A stretch of DNA of 64,000 bases, taken from Spirochaetia bacterium. Its GTDB lineage: Bacteria > Spirochaetota > Spirochaetia > SZUA-6 > Bin103. The notes below the pieces were generated by a model. That model was not told the DNA's origin. It saw only the letters and a list, made by a program, of their open reading frames with translations, and did no database searches. The position numbers and the translations under genes are program-made. Below, in pieces: positions 27,985 to 38,092 of the stretch (its first letter is position 1; each line of letters starts with the position of its first letter). The stretch spans positions 7,040,001-7,104,000 of the forward strand of contig CBDBDQ010000005.1 in NCBI GenBank assembly GCA_965203905.1. The letters are read 5' to 3'.

Positions 27985-28769
27985 TTCCGCAACACGCCCT
28001 GTTTCAGGAACGCCCGCTTGATCTGTTCGACCAGACGGGTGAAGCGCTCACCTTCGACCGCGCCCTGGTACCGTGGGCGGGGCAGATCCACGGACAGTTC
28101 CTGGTAGATTCTGCCCGGTCGCGGAGTCATCACGATGATTCGGTCGGCGAGCTGAACCGCCTCCGCCACACTGTGGGTGATGAACAGCACGGTCTTCCTG
28201 GTGGTCAGCCAGATCTTTTCCAGATCGATACAGAGCTGATCGCGAGTGAGCGCGTCGAGCGCGCCGAACGGTTCGTCCATCAACAGCAATGGGGGATCGT
28301 GGAGCAGCGCGCGACAGATGGCACAGCGTTGCTTCATGCCCCCGGAGAGCTCGTAGGGATGTGCCCGTTCGAAGCCGTCCAGGGACACCATCGAAATCAG
28401 CTCGCGGGCGCGAGCTGCATAGCGGTTGCGGGGCAGGCGCCGCATGTCGATCTGGAACAGGATATTGTCCAGCGTGGTGAGCCAGTCCAGCAGCACGTGG
28501 TTCTGGAACACGATCCCCACATCGGTGAACGGCCCCTGGACCCGCTCGCCCCGTATGGTCACCGTGCCGGCACTGGCCGCAAGCAAGCCGGCCACAAGCA
28601 TCATCAAGGTGCTCTTGCCGCATCCGCTTGGGCCCACGACCGCAACGAACTCACCGTCCGGCACCGTCATGCTGAAGTCGTCGAGCGCGTGAACGCTGCC
28701 TTTGTCCGACTGAAAGGTTTTGCTCAGACGCTCGACGGAAAGGAACGGGTCAGGCCCCTCGCGACCCAC
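27981..28769 (-). CDS. NitT/TauT family ABC ATP-binding protein
   Basis: GPSGCGKST, LSGGMKQR, MDEPFGALD, FITH. Confidence 0.93.
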   Translation of the reverse strand: MGREGPDPFLSVERLSKTFQSDKGSVHALDDFSMTVPDGEFVAVVGPSGCGKSTLMMLVAGLLAASAGTVTIRGERVQGPFTDVGIVFQNHVLLDWLTTLDNILFQIDMRRLPRNRYAARARELISMVSLDGFERAHPYELSGGMKQRCAICRALLHDPPLLLMDEPFGALDALTRDQLCIDLEKIWLTTRKTVLFITHSVAEAVQLADRIIVMTPRPGRIYQELSVDLPRPRYQGAVEGERFTRLVEQIKRAFLKQGVLRK

Positions 28770-28784
28770 GGAAGTCTAGTTAGT

Positions 28785-29783
28785 TTACGGGAGGAATTCG
28801 TTGGTAAAGAATTCCTCCGCGTTGATCTCTCCCTCGAGGTCGCGGTACTTGGACATGATGTCGACCGTCATCTGCCAGTCGCCGGGGCAGTTGTAGAGGA
28901 TCGCCACGCCCTGGCAGTTGGGCGAGCCCATGCGCGAGTAGTACGCTTCTCCCTGCTGCTTGGCGACGTCGACCTTGAGCTCCTTCTTGATACCCACCAG
29001 CAGCTCCATGGCCTGATCGTAGTTGTCATCCAGGGCCTCGTGGCTGCGCTTGGTAGCGCGCAGGAAGCGTCGGATAAGGTCGGGGTTGTCCGTGACTGTG
29101 TCATGGTGAACGAAGATGCCCAGATTGAGAATGTTGACGCCGTAGTCGGCGAACTTCAGGCTCACCACCTCGAAACCGCGATCTTCCATGATCACGCTCT
29201 GGTCGCCGGCCGCTCCCAGCAGCGCGTCGGTCTTGCCCTCCAGGACGGTTGGAATCTTGGCCGCGGCATCGACATAGATCAGGTCGATCTTGGACTCGTC
29301 CAGGTTGTTGGCAGCCACCACCGCCGGAAAGATCTGCGTGAGTGCGTCACCCGCCGTCACCGCCAGCTTCTTGCCCTCCAGGTCCTGCATGTTGCGGATC
29401 CCGCTGTCCTTGCGCGCGACCACGGCCAGCGCCGAGGTCGGCGTAACCATCGCCACCGATATGATGGGCAGTCCCTGGGCCATGATCGGGACTAAGGCGG
29501 TCGCGTCTGCCAGTCCGAAGTCCTCCGACTTGTTGCCAACGAGTTGCCCCGTCGTCACCGAGCCGTTGCCTTCCAGGACCTGCAGATCGATGCCTTCTTC
29601 CTCGTAGAAGCCAAGTTCTTTTCCGAGCAGGTACACGGCATGGGGACCGGAGAACTTCCAGTTCATCCGGAACGTAACCGGAGTGAGTTCCTCGGTGGCG
29701 CCCTCGCTCTGCCCCTCGCCGAACATCGGCATTGCCGGCAGCAGCAGCGCCACCAGTACCAACGACACGCAGGTTCTCTTCAT
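28785..29783 (-). CDS. NMT1/THI5-like ABC substrate-binding protein
   Basis: Signal peptide MKRTCVSLVL; GFYEEEGIDL...EG.GS; DLEGKKL; AGGAGGAG RBS. Confidence 0.88.
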   Translation of the reverse strand: MKRTCVSLVLVALLLPAMPMFGEGQSEGATEELTPVTFRMNWKFSGPHAVYLLGKELGFYEEEGIDLQVLEGNGSVTTGQLVGNKSEDFGLADATALVPIMAQGLPIISVAMVTPTSALAVVARKDSGIRNMQDLEGKKLAVTAGDALTQIFPAVVAANNLDESKIDLIYVDAAAKIPTVLEGKTDALLGAAGDQSVIMEDRGFEVVSLKFADYGVNILNLGIFVHHDTVTDNPDLIRRFLRATKRSHEALDDNYDQAMELLVGIKKELKVDVAKQQGEAYYSRMGSPNCQGVAILYNCPGDWQMTVDIMSKYRDLEGEINAEEFFTNEFLP

Positions 29784-29866
29784 GAGTCGTCTCCTCCTGT
29801 CGCCGCCTGGCTCTCGACACCGGCGGCGAGATCCGCCGGACAGTAGATAATCCCGCCTCGCGCGTG

Positions 29867-30745
29867 TCAACCTTGCCCTTTGGTGACTCTGGTGACGCCG
29901 GCAGCGGGGCCATCTCCGGCTACCGTGTCCCGCTGCACTTCGGTCACCCTGCCAGGAAACGTGGTGCCGCGCACCCACATGACCGGCACGCCCGTGCCGG
30001 CGCGTTCCGGGTGTGTCCAGCGTGCCTGCGCGCTGAGGTAGTGGGACACGTAGCTGCGGCGAAAGCGGCCGCTGTGGTTGTCCGTGCTCTTGTGCAGCAG
30101 GTGGCTGTGGAACCAGATCACGGTTCCCGGCGCCGCCTCCAGGGCAACTCCCTCTTCGTCACGGGTGCCGCGGGCGAGCTTGAACTCCGACTGCTGGGAT
30201 CCGGCCAGCTCGTCATGATCGGCGATGGGCCGCCGGTGGCTGCCGGGAATCACGTAGAGGCAGCCGTTGCCGCGGTCGGCGGCATCGACCGCGGTCCAGG
30301 TGCCGACCGTGGTCTCGGTAACGAAGCGTTGGCGAAAGTAGAACATGTCCTGGTGCCACGGGAAGCCGAGCCCGATCTGCGGGGCCTTCCAGATGTAGAG
30401 GTTGTTGATGCCGAGGACGTCGGGACCGAGCAGATCGACGATGGGATCGGTCAGCCGCGGATCGCGCACCCGTTGCAGGAACTCGGCCACATAGCAGCTC
30501 GGGAAGTGGATCTTGTGCATGCCGTGGATCCCGGGACGCTGTTCCTTGCCGTCGCGCACCAGGGCGTTGCGGTCGATATGAGCCTCCGGAAACGCGCGCG
30601 CGCCGGCAACGATCTCCTCCGCCACCGTGTTCAGAAGATCGTTCTCCTCGCCGCTGAAGACATTCTCGCGCAGGAAGAATCCATCGCGCTGCCACGCCTC
30701 CCGCTCGTCTTCGGTCAGTCGGAACTGTCGCTCTGCCATTGTCAC
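29867..30745 (-). CDS. Phytanoyl-CoA dioxygenase (PhyH) family protein
   Basis: WHQD (HxD); W.AVD.A...NGCL.VIPGSH; LLHKS..N.S.RFRR. Confidence 0.92.
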   Translation of the reverse strand: MTMAERQFRLTEDEREAWQRDGFFLRENVFSGEENDLLNTVAEEIVAGARAFPEAHIDRNALVRDGKEQRPGIHGMHKIHFPSCYVAEFLQRVRDPRLTDPIVDLLGPDVLGINNLYIWKAPQIGLGFPWHQDMFYFRQRFVTETTVGTWTAVDAADRGNGCLYVIPGSHRRPIADHDELAGSQQSEFKLARGTRDEEGVALEAAPGTVIWFHSHLLHKSTDNHSGRFRRSYVSHYLSAQARWTHPERAGTGVPVMWVRGTTFPGRVTEVQRDTVAGDGPAAGVTRVTKGQG

Positions 30746-30900
30746 TCTCGAAACTACACCGGGTCGCCGCGGCTGCCAACTTCCGGCGCCGGAGCACTCA
30801 CCAGATAGATCGCGGTGCCCAGAGATTCAGCAACTCGACCACGGCGCGGCCGCCGCGATGGCCGCCGCCGCCTGCTCCAGGCACGCCTGCTTCTCAATCA

Positions 30901-31926
30901 TCACTCATTACTCGTGCCTCCTGTCGCGGCGGCAAACGGCAGCGTCTCCATCGCCGAGCGATGGGCCTTGAGCCATGTCGTCGAGTGGCGCATTTCCTCC
31001 ATACGCTCCGGACCAGGCCCCCGTCCTTCGGCGAGAGATCGTCCGTAGTGCCAGATCACGGAGACCGTGTCGCGCAGGATCGTGGCATCCACCAGCGCCG
31101 ATATCTCGCGCTCGGTGAGGGTCACGAAACGGGAGTAGCCGCGGCTGAAGCCGGCTCCGTTGATCCAGGAGTCCTCGTGCTCCCAGATGCGCATGCTGAA
31201 CTTCAGTCCCGAGGCGACATCCAGCACCCGGATCTCAGGGAGGGCGAACTCGAAGTCCAGGATGGCGCTGATGCAGCCCCGGTGACAGAGGGTGTTGCTC
31301 GGCGCGAAGTCGCCATGAATCACCTGCCGCGGCAGCAACGGACAGGTCTGTCTGATGAATCTGCTCGTCTCCCGATACTCGGCGCGCCACCAGGCGCACA
31401 GGTCCGCGAGCCACGGATGCGGCCGCCAGCCGAGGTCCGCCGGGGTGAGTGCTTCGGGGTGGGGGATGCGGGGGTGAACGTCGGCCAGGTCGCCAAAGCC
31501 GGGCATGCCGGGGCGCGGCGCCGTGGAACACGCGCGCAACGCGCGGTGCAACTCGCCGAGGGCGGCGCCAACGGCTTCCAGGTGCGTGGGGTTGCCGTGG
31601 TCGGGGCGCTCGCCGGCGAGCAGCGGCAGCAGCGCGCAGTAGCCGGTGCCGTCGTGCACCCAGGTCGCGCCCGCGGCGGACGCGACCGGCGCCGGCAGCG
31701 AGAAGGAGAGGCCGCGGCCCTGCAACCAGGTCAGCAGGTCATGCTGGTAGCGCAGCCCCGCCGCTCCGTGCGGTACGGCGTAGCGCTTGAGCACGTAGCG
31801 GCCGGCCCCGGTGCGCACCCCCAGCGTGGTGTTGTTGGTGCCCGCGGCGGGCAGCGCAAAGGTGGTGACGGGCGGGACCAGGTCGTAGTGCCGCAGCGCG
31901 CTCGCGCCCGGTGGGTTGACCGGCAT
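30901..31926 (-). CDS. Phosphotransferase (homoserine kinase type II / APH-like)
   Basis: GTNN; YVLKRY; LGELH; IHGDFAPSN; ILDFE. Confidence 0.85.
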   Translation of the reverse strand: MPVNPPGASALRHYDLVPPVTTFALPAAGTNNTTLGVRTGAGRYVLKRYAVPHGAAGLRYQHDLLTWLQGRGLSFSLPAPVASAAGATWVHDGTGYCALLPLLAGERPDHGNPTHLEAVGAALGELHRALRACSTAPRPGMPGFGDLADVHPRIPHPEALTPADLGWRPHPWLADLCAWWRAEYRETSRFIRQTCPLLPRQVIHGDFAPSNTLCHRGCISAILDFEFALPEIRVLDVASGLKFSMRIWEHEDSWINGAGFSRGYSRFVTLTEREISALVDATILRDTVSVIWHYGRSLAEGRGPGPERMEEMRHSTTWLKAHRSAMETLPFAAATGGTSNE

Positions 31927-31950
31927 GTCTCTATGGTGAGGATAGTCAGC

Positions 31951-32979
31951 ATGCCACGAGAACTGATAGCGCCCGAGCGCGAGCGGGTCGCGTTCCGCGA
32001 CTACGAGCGGGAGCCGCTGGCGTCCGACCAGGTTCGGGTCCGCAGCGAGTTCGGGGCCGCCAAGCACGGCACGGAGATGGCGCTGTACAAGGGCTACGGC
32101 AATCCACGCGGCCACTACGACGGGGAGCTGCGCATCTTCACCCACGACTTCGGCGGCCGCGGGCCCTACCCCTCCGTGCTGGGGAACCAATGCGTCGGCG
32201 AGGTGATCGAGATCGGTGCGGCGGTCACCGCGGTGCGACCCGGAGACCGGGTGTTCGCGCACGGCGGGTTCCGCCAGGAACACGTCTGGCCGGCCGAGCG
32301 GGTGCGGGTGCTCCCGGAGGGCGTCTCCTGGCAGGCCGCCATCTGCCTCGACCCCACCGACTTCGCGCTCGGGGCCGTGCGCGACGGCCACGTGCGCATC
32401 GGCGACGCGGTCGCCGTGTTCGGGATGGGCGCCATCGGCCTGCTGGCCCTGCAGCTCGCGCGGCTGGCGGGGGCGCACCCGGTGATCGCCGTGGACCCGA
32501 TCCCGTTACGCCGCGAGGTGGCGCGCGAGGTGGGTGCCGACCTGACGCTCGATCCCAGCGCCTGCGACGCCGGCAAGGAGATCCGCCTGGCGACGGCGCG
32601 TCGCGGAGCCGACGTCTGCATCGAGTACAGCGGCCATCACGCCGCGCTGCAGGCCGCCCTGCGCGGCGTCTGCTACCTGGGAACGGTGGTGGCCGGCGCC
32701 TTTCCCGGCGCCTATCCCGCGGGCCTCGATCTCGGCGCCGAGGCGCATTTCAACCGCCCCAGCATCGTGTTCTCGCGCGCCTGCTCGGAGCCCAATCCCG
32801 AGTACCCCAACTGGGACGAGCAGCGGCTGTTCGAGATAAGCTGGCGCCTGCTCAGCGACGGCAGTCTGAGCTGCGATCCGGTGGTGCAGCCGGTGGTCGC
32901 CTTCGACGACCTGCTCACCGAGTACCCCAAGATCGCTACCGCACCCGAGCAGAACGTGAAGCTCGGCGTGCGCTTCTGA
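31951..32979 (+). CDS. MDR-family (zinc-binding alcohol dehydrogenase-like) oxidoreductase
   Basis: AKHGTE; G...VGEV...G..V..V.PGDRV; Rossmann VFGMGAIG; start ATG 31951. Confidence 0.87.
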   Translation: MPRELIAPERERVAFRDYEREPLASDQVRVRSEFGAAKHGTEMALYKGYGNPRGHYDGELRIFTHDFGGRGPYPSVLGNQCVGEVIEIGAAVTAVRPGDRVFAHGGFRQEHVWPAERVRVLPEGVSWQAAICLDPTDFALGAVRDGHVRIGDAVAVFGMGAIGLLALQLARLAGAHPVIAVDPIPLRREVAREVGADLTLDPSACDAGKEIRLATARRGADVCIEYSGHHAALQAALRGVCYLGTVVAGAFPGAYPAGLDLGAEAHFNRPSIVFSRACSEPNPEYPNWDEQRLFEISWRLLSDGSLSCDPVVQPVVAFDDLLTEYPKIATAPEQNVKLGVRF

Positions 32980-32992
32980 CCCGGAGGTTGCC

Positions 32993-34171
32993 ATGGATAG
33001 AACGACTCGCACCTGCACTGCGACCGTCGTCATTTTCGTCTTTTGTGCCGCGGCCCTCGCCGCGGAGCCGATCAAGGTCGGCGTGCTGCTGCCCTCCTCG
33101 GGCGTGTACGCCGGCCTCGGCAATGACCAGACCCTGGCCCTGGAGATGGGCTTCGACCAGTTCGGCCGCGAGGTGGCGGGGCGCCCGATCGAACTGATCC
33201 ACGCCGATACCGAGTCCAAGCCGGGCACCGGCTTGGCGCAGATCAAGAAGCTGGTGCTCAGGGACAGGGTCGACGTCGTGGTGGGCATCATCTCCTCTGC
33301 GGTCGCGGGGGCGGTACGCGACTTCGTGCACAACGCCCAATTACCACTGATCGTGTCCAACGCCGGCAACGACGACCTCACCGGCCCCCAGTGCAGTCCC
33401 TGGATCCTGCGCAGCTCCTTCTCCAACGCCCAGATCAGCCGCGAGATGGGTCCCTGGATGGCGGCCCAGGGCTTCAGGAACGTGTTTCTGATGGCGTTCG
33501 ACTACGCCGCCGGCCACCAGGCGATGGAGGCGTTCCGCGGCGGCTTCGTGGCCGCGGGCGGCACCGTGATCGGCGAGGAGTATCCCCCACTGGGGGAGAC
33601 CGAGGACTTCGGACCCTACCTCGCCAAGGTGAAGGCCGCCGATCCCGACGCGGTGTACGTGTTCTTCGCCGGCGGACCGGCGATCAAGTTCGTCAAGGAG
33701 TGGGCCGCGTTCGGCCTCAAGGGCGAGATCCAGCTCGCCGGCGCCGGCTGGCTCAACTCGGCGCTGTACATCAACGCCCAGGGCATGGACGCGGAGGGCG
33801 CCCTCGGCATCCTCAACTACGTGCCCTCCATCGACACGCCGGAGAATCACACGTTCCAGGAGCAGTTCCGCGCCGCGCACGGCCGTGACGCGTCGGAATT
33901 CGGGGTGGCCGCCTACGACAGCGCCCGGCTCATCGTCGACGCGCTCAAGGCCACCGGCGGCAACACCGCCGACAAGGAGGCGCTGGTCGCCGCCATGCGG
34001 GCGACCCGCTTCGACGGTCCCCGCGGCCCGTTCCGGATCGATCCCCGGACCAACAACGTGATCCAGAACCTCTACATCTTCGAGGTGCAGGCGCAGGGCG
34101 ACGGCGTTGCCGCGGTGGTGCAGGAGGTGATCGCCGACGTCCAGGACCCACCCAACGGCTGCACCCTGTAA
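32993..34171 (+). CDS. Branched-chain/aromatic-type ABC substrate-binding protein (LivJ-like)
   Basis: IKVGVLLPSSGVYAGLG; DYAAG; GPRGPF. Confidence 0.9.
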   Translation: MDRTTRTCTATVVIFVFCAAALAAEPIKVGVLLPSSGVYAGLGNDQTLALEMGFDQFGREVAGRPIELIHADTESKPGTGLAQIKKLVLRDRVDVVVGIISSAVAGAVRDFVHNAQLPLIVSNAGNDDLTGPQCSPWILRSSFSNAQISREMGPWMAAQGFRNVFLMAFDYAAGHQAMEAFRGGFVAAGGTVIGEEYPPLGETEDFGPYLAKVKAADPDAVYVFFAGGPAIKFVKEWAAFGLKGEIQLAGAGWLNSALYINAQGMDAEGALGILNYVPSIDTPENHTFQEQFRAAHGRDASEFGVAAYDSARLIVDALKATGGNTADKEALVAAMRATRFDGPRGPFRIDPRTNNVIQNLYIFEVQAQGDGVAAVVQEVIADVQDPPNGCTL

Positions 34172-34175
34172 CTGC

Positions 34176-34217
34176 CGCCCTGCCCCGCTCCCGGCCACGC
34201 GGAGCGGGCGCAGGGCG
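34176..34217 (+). terminator. GC-rich stem-loop after the SBP gene (terminator or mRNA stabiliser)
   Basis: cgccctgc.ccgctcc ... ggagcgg.gcagggcg; no U-tract. Confidence 0.45.
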
Positions 34218-34288
34218 ACGCCAGGTTTGCGTGCCCCGCGGCAGGTCGGTAGCCTGATCAGTGACAACCAGGGGGAGAAATTGATCCC

Positions 34289-34531
34289 ATGCAGTATTCA
34301 GTGATGCTAGATGCCATCGACGAACCGGGGTTCGAGGGCTACTACTACGCTCACATTCCAGCGTTGGATCTGACGACGCAAGGTAAGGGGATCGAAGGAG
34401 CGGTAGCGGCTGCCACAGATCTGGCGGAATTGTGGGTAGCCGAAAAATTCTCCCGCGGAGAACCCATTCCAAAGGAATCACGTTCCGTGATCGCCCGCAT
34501 CGAAATCTCCGATGCCGTTCTCAGCCCGTGA
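34289..34531 (+). CDS. hicB: HicB-family antitoxin
   Basis: [30 protein letters not shown]......GEPIP. Confidence 0.85.
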   Translation: MQYSVMLDAIDEPGFEGYYYAHIPALDLTTQGKGIEGAVAAATDLAELWVAEKFSRGEPIPKESRSVIARIEISDAVLSP

Positions 34532-34625
34532 GGTTCTCACGAAGCTGCATCGGGCCGGCTTCGCGGAAGTTCGACAGTCGGGATCGCACACCCCCTTGAC
34601 GCTTGCCGAGTTTCGCAAGCTGTAA
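34512..34625 (+). pseudogene. hicA: HicA toxin with in-frame internal deletion (37 aa)
   Basis: [26 protein letters not shown] joined via TP to LTLAEFRKL*; the central beta-strands and helix are missing. Confidence 0.82.
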
Positions 34626-34664
34626 CCGAGGACGCGGCCTGGCCCTGCCCCGAGAGGCGCTACC

Positions 34665-35543
34665 GTGTTGCTTGATCCGCAGTTCCTGATCGTGCAGACC
34701 CTCAATGGGCTGCAGCTCTCGGCCCTGCTGTTCCTGCTGTCGATCGGGCTTTCGGTGGTGTTCGGATTGATGAACTTCATCAATCTCGCACACGGCACGC
34801 TGTACATGATCGGCGCCTACCTGGCCCTGAGCGCGGTGCGCGCCTTCGCTTCGTTCTGGCTGGCCCTGCTGCTGGCGCCCCTCGGCGTCGCCCTGCTCGG
34901 CGGCCTGCTCTACGTGGTGCTGCTGCGCCACCTGCAGCGCGCCGATCCGATGCGGCAGGTGCTGGTGACCTTCGGCCTGATCTTCGTCGGTTTCGAGGCC
35001 ACGGACATCATCTGGGGCTCGCTGCCGCACGTGATCGAGGTGCCGGAGATACTGGCGGGCCGCAGCAGCGTGCTCGGGCAGGTGTATCCCACTTACCGCC
35101 TGTTCATCATCGCCCTGGGTGCCGCGGTGTTCCTGCTGCTGTACCTGGGCCTGGAGCGCACCCGCCTCGGCGCCATCGTGCGCGCGGGGGTGGACAACCG
35201 CACCATGGTGGCGGCGCTCGGCATCGACATCGGCCGCGTCTTCTTCCTGGTCTTCTGCCTGGGATGCCTGCTCGCCGGGCTCGCCGGGGTGGTGGCGGCG
35301 CCGGTGTTCTCGATCTACCCGGGCATGGACATGTCGGTGCTGATCCTGGCCCTGATCGTGGTGGTGCTGGGCGGCCCCGGCAGCCTCAAGGGGGTGGCGC
35401 TCGGCTCGCTCATCATCGGCATCGCGGACACCTACGGCCAGGTGGTGGTGCCCCAGTTGGCGCGGGTGACGATCTACGCCCTGATGGCGCTGATCCTGCT
35501 GCTCAAGCCGGCCGGCCTGGTGCCGGTCCGCAGCGGACACTGA
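34665..35543 (+). CDS. Branched-chain amino acid ABC permease (LivH-like)
   Basis: GLSVVFGLMNFINLAHG; VVVLGG.GSL.G. Confidence 0.92.
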   Translation: MLLDPQFLIVQTLNGLQLSALLFLLSIGLSVVFGLMNFINLAHGTLYMIGAYLALSAVRAFASFWLALLLAPLGVALLGGLLYVVLLRHLQRADPMRQVLVTFGLIFVGFEATDIIWGSLPHVIEVPEILAGRSSVLGQVYPTYRLFIIALGAAVFLLLYLGLERTRLGAIVRAGVDNRTMVAALGIDIGRVFFLVFCLGCLLAGLAGVVAAPVFSIYPGMDMSVLILALIVVVLGGPGSLKGVALGSLIIGIADTYGQVVVPQLARVTIYALMALILLLKPAGLVPVRSGH

Positions 35544-36559
35544 TGCGCAGCGCCGATCCGCTGCAACTGCCGGTCGCGGGGCTGCTCGCCGCCGTCGCGG
35601 TGGCGGTGTGGTTCGGCTCCGGCTACTTCGGCAAGGAGCTGCTTGCCGAGGTCGCGATCCTGGCGATCTTTGCCATGAGCCTCGACCTCCTGGTGGGCGT
35701 CACCGGGATGGTATCGCTTGGTCACGCCGGCTTCCTGGCGCTCGGAGCGTATACCACCGCCGGGGCCACGATGCTGTGGGGCTGGCCACCGGCCGCGGCG
35801 CTGGCGCTGTCGGTAGCGGTGGCGGTGCTGATCGCCATCGGCGTCGGCGTGTTCGTGATTCGCCTGAGCGGCGTGTTTTTCATCATGATCACCCTCGCCA
35901 TCGGCCAGATGTTCCACGCCTACTTCTTCAAGGCGCGCGCCTTCGGCGGTGACAACGGGATGGCCGGCACCCCGCGCTTCGATCTCACCTGGCTCGGCCT
36001 CGAAAGCGGCGATCCGGCCGTGTTCTCCGCCCTGGCGGTGGTGGTCGCGGCACTCGTGTACCTCGTGCTGCTGCTGTTGCGGCGCTCGCCCTTCGGCACG
36101 ATGCTCGCTGCCATCCACCAGAACGAGAGCCGCCTCGCCGCGCTGGGCTGTCCGGTGCGGCGTTACAAGCTGGCCGCGTTCGCCACCGGCGGCGGGGTTG
36201 CCGGCCTCGCCGGTGCCCTTACCGCGCAGCACACCGGCTTCGTATCGCCCGACCTCGCCTTCTGGACGCTGTCGGGTGAGGCCCTGATCATCGTCATCCT
36301 GGGCGGCAGCGGCAGCCTGATCGGGGCCGCGGGCGGGGCGGCCCTGTTCATTCTGCTGCGCGACCAACTCAGCGACGGCTCCTTCTGGAGCCGCCTGGCG
36401 CTGCCGGCGGAGCTGGCCAGCCACTGGCAACTGGTCATGGGCCTGTTCTTCATCGCGGTGGTGCTGCTGGCGCGCGACGGCGTGTACGGGCGCCTCACCT
36501 GGCTCATCAGGGGCCTGGCGCGAACGGTGATGCGGGCACGGCGCGGAGGCGGAACGTGA
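35543..36559 (+). CDS. Branched-chain amino acid ABC permease (LivM-like)
   Basis: G.TGMVSLGHAGF; SPFG..L.AI.QNE.R...LG; TGATG coupling. Confidence 0.92.
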   Translation: MRSADPLQLPVAGLLAAVAVAVWFGSGYFGKELLAEVAILAIFAMSLDLLVGVTGMVSLGHAGFLALGAYTTAGATMLWGWPPAAALALSVAVAVLIAIGVGVFVIRLSGVFFIMITLAIGQMFHAYFFKARAFGGDNGMAGTPRFDLTWLGLESGDPAVFSALAVVVAALVYLVLLLLRRSPFGTMLAAIHQNESRLAALGCPVRRYKLAAFATGGGVAGLAGALTAQHTGFVSPDLAFWTLSGEALIIVILGGSGSLIGAAGGAALFILLRDQLSDGSFWSRLALPAELASHWQLVMGLFFIAVVLLARDGVYGRLTWLIRGLARTVMRARRGGGT

Positions 36560-37323
36560 CCGACGCCGTGTTTCACGCGGCCGGACTGCGCAAGTCGTTC
36601 GGCTCGCTGCTGGTGACCGACGACGTCTCGCTGCAACTCCCCGCCGGCCGGCGCCACGGCCTGATCGGTCCCAACGGCGCCGGCAAGACCACCCTGTTCA
36701 ACCTGATCACCGGCGAGACCAGGGCCGACGCCGGCTGCGTATCGGTCGGCGGACGCGACCTGAGCGGCGCCAGGCCGGAGGTCAGGGCGCGCGCCGGGCT
36801 GGCGCGCAGCTTCCAGCGCAACAACCTGTTTCCCGGCCTCACCGTGCGCGAGAACCTGTTTCTCGCGTGCGCCCTGAAGCACCGCGTCGGCCACGTGTTC
36901 TGGCGGCCGGCGGCGCGCTTCGCGGCGCTGCGCGCGGAGGCGGAGGCGAGCGCGGAGCGGCTGGGACTGGCGGACCATCTCGGGGAGCGGGTCGACACTC
37001 TCGGCTACGGCACCCAGCGCCAGCTCGAGATCGGGCTCGCGCTGGTGCAGGAACCGCTGGTGCTGCTGCTCGACGAGCCGACCGCGGGGATGAGCCCGGA
37101 GGAGACCGCCACCATCCTGGAGCTGCTGTCGGCCCTGCCCGCGACGCTGACACTGCTGATCGTCGAGCACGACATGGACGTGATCTTCGGGCTGGCCGAG
37201 CGCATCACGGTGCTCGACTACGGCCGCGTGATCCTGGAGGGCACCCCGGCCGAGGTGCGCGCCTCGCCGGAGGTGCGCAGCCGCTACCTGGGCGGCGCCC
37301 GGCACGCTCCAGCAGCCTCGTGA
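36556..37323 (+). CDS. ABC ATP-binding protein (LivG-like)
   Basis: GPNGAGKTT; LGYGTQRQLEI; LLDEPTAG; VEHD. Confidence 0.92.
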   Translation: MTDAVFHAAGLRKSFGSLLVTDDVSLQLPAGRRHGLIGPNGAGKTTLFNLITGETRADAGCVSVGGRDLSGARPEVRARAGLARSFQRNNLFPGLTVRENLFLACALKHRVGHVFWRPAARFAALRAEAEASAERLGLADHLGERVDTLGYGTQRQLEIGLALVQEPLVLLLDEPTAGMSPEETATILELLSALPATLTLLIVEHDMDVIFGLAERITVLDYGRVILEGTPAEVRASPEVRSRYLGGARHAPAAS

Positions 37324-38042
37324 TGGCGACCCGGACGACGCCGCTGCTCCATATGGAGAACGTCGACACCTACTATGGCCACAGCCATGTCCTGCAGGGC
37401 CTCTCCCTGAATGTCGACCAGGGCAGCGTGGTGGGCCTGCTGGGACGCAACGGCGCCGGCAAGTCCACCGCCCTGAAGTCGATCATGGGCATCGTCGCCG
37501 CGGCCCGCGGCAGCATCCGCTTCGCCGGCGAGGCGATCCACCACCTGTCGCCGCACCGCATCGCCCGCCGCGGCATCGCCTACGTGCCGGAGGATCGCGG
37601 CATCTTCGCCTCGCTCACGGTGGACGAGCACCTGGGCCTGAATCGGCCGCGGAGCGCAGGCGGTCGCCGGGTCACCGCAGCCCAACTGTACGAGGATTTT
37701 CCCCTGCTGGCGGAGCGCCGCCGCCACCGCGGCAACCAGTTGAGCGGCGGCGAGCAGCAGATGCTGGCGATCGCACGCGCCCTCACCCTGGCTCCACGTC
37801 TGCTGGTCCTCGACGAGCCGACCGAGGGCCTGGCCCCGGTGGTGGTCGAGCGCATCGCCGCCATCGTCCACCGCCTCAAGACCACGGGAATGACCATGCT
37901 GATCGTGGAGCAGAACTACCCGTTCGCCACCGATCTGGCCGACGGCGTCTACGTCCTCGGCAAGGGCCGCATCCGCTGGCAGGGTACCGCCACGGAGCTG
38001 GAGGACAGTCCCGAGATCCGCGCCACCTGGCTGGGCGTCTGA
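37323..38042 (+). CDS. ABC ATP-binding protein (LivF-like)
   Basis: GRNGAGKST; LSGGEQQML; LDEPTEGLAP; VEQN. Confidence 0.92.
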   Translation: MATRTTPLLHMENVDTYYGHSHVLQGLSLNVDQGSVVGLLGRNGAGKSTALKSIMGIVAAARGSIRFAGEAIHHLSPHRIARRGIAYVPEDRGIFASLTVDEHLGLNRPRSAGGRRVTAAQLYEDFPLLAERRRHRGNQLSGGEQQMLAIARALTLAPRLLVLDEPTEGLAPVVVERIAAIVHRLKTTGMTMLIVEQNYPFATDLADGVYVLGKGRIRWQGTATELEDSPEIRATWLGV

Positions 38043-38092
38043 GCGGCGCCGCACCCGTTGCGCACCCGGCCCGGCCGGATGATAATCCGCAG

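Noticed and set aside
30746-30910. AGGAGG plus ATG after the kinase followed by a short Ala-rich frame (MIEKQACLEQAAAAIAAA), a possible gene stump
   Set aside because: Too short to assign to any family.
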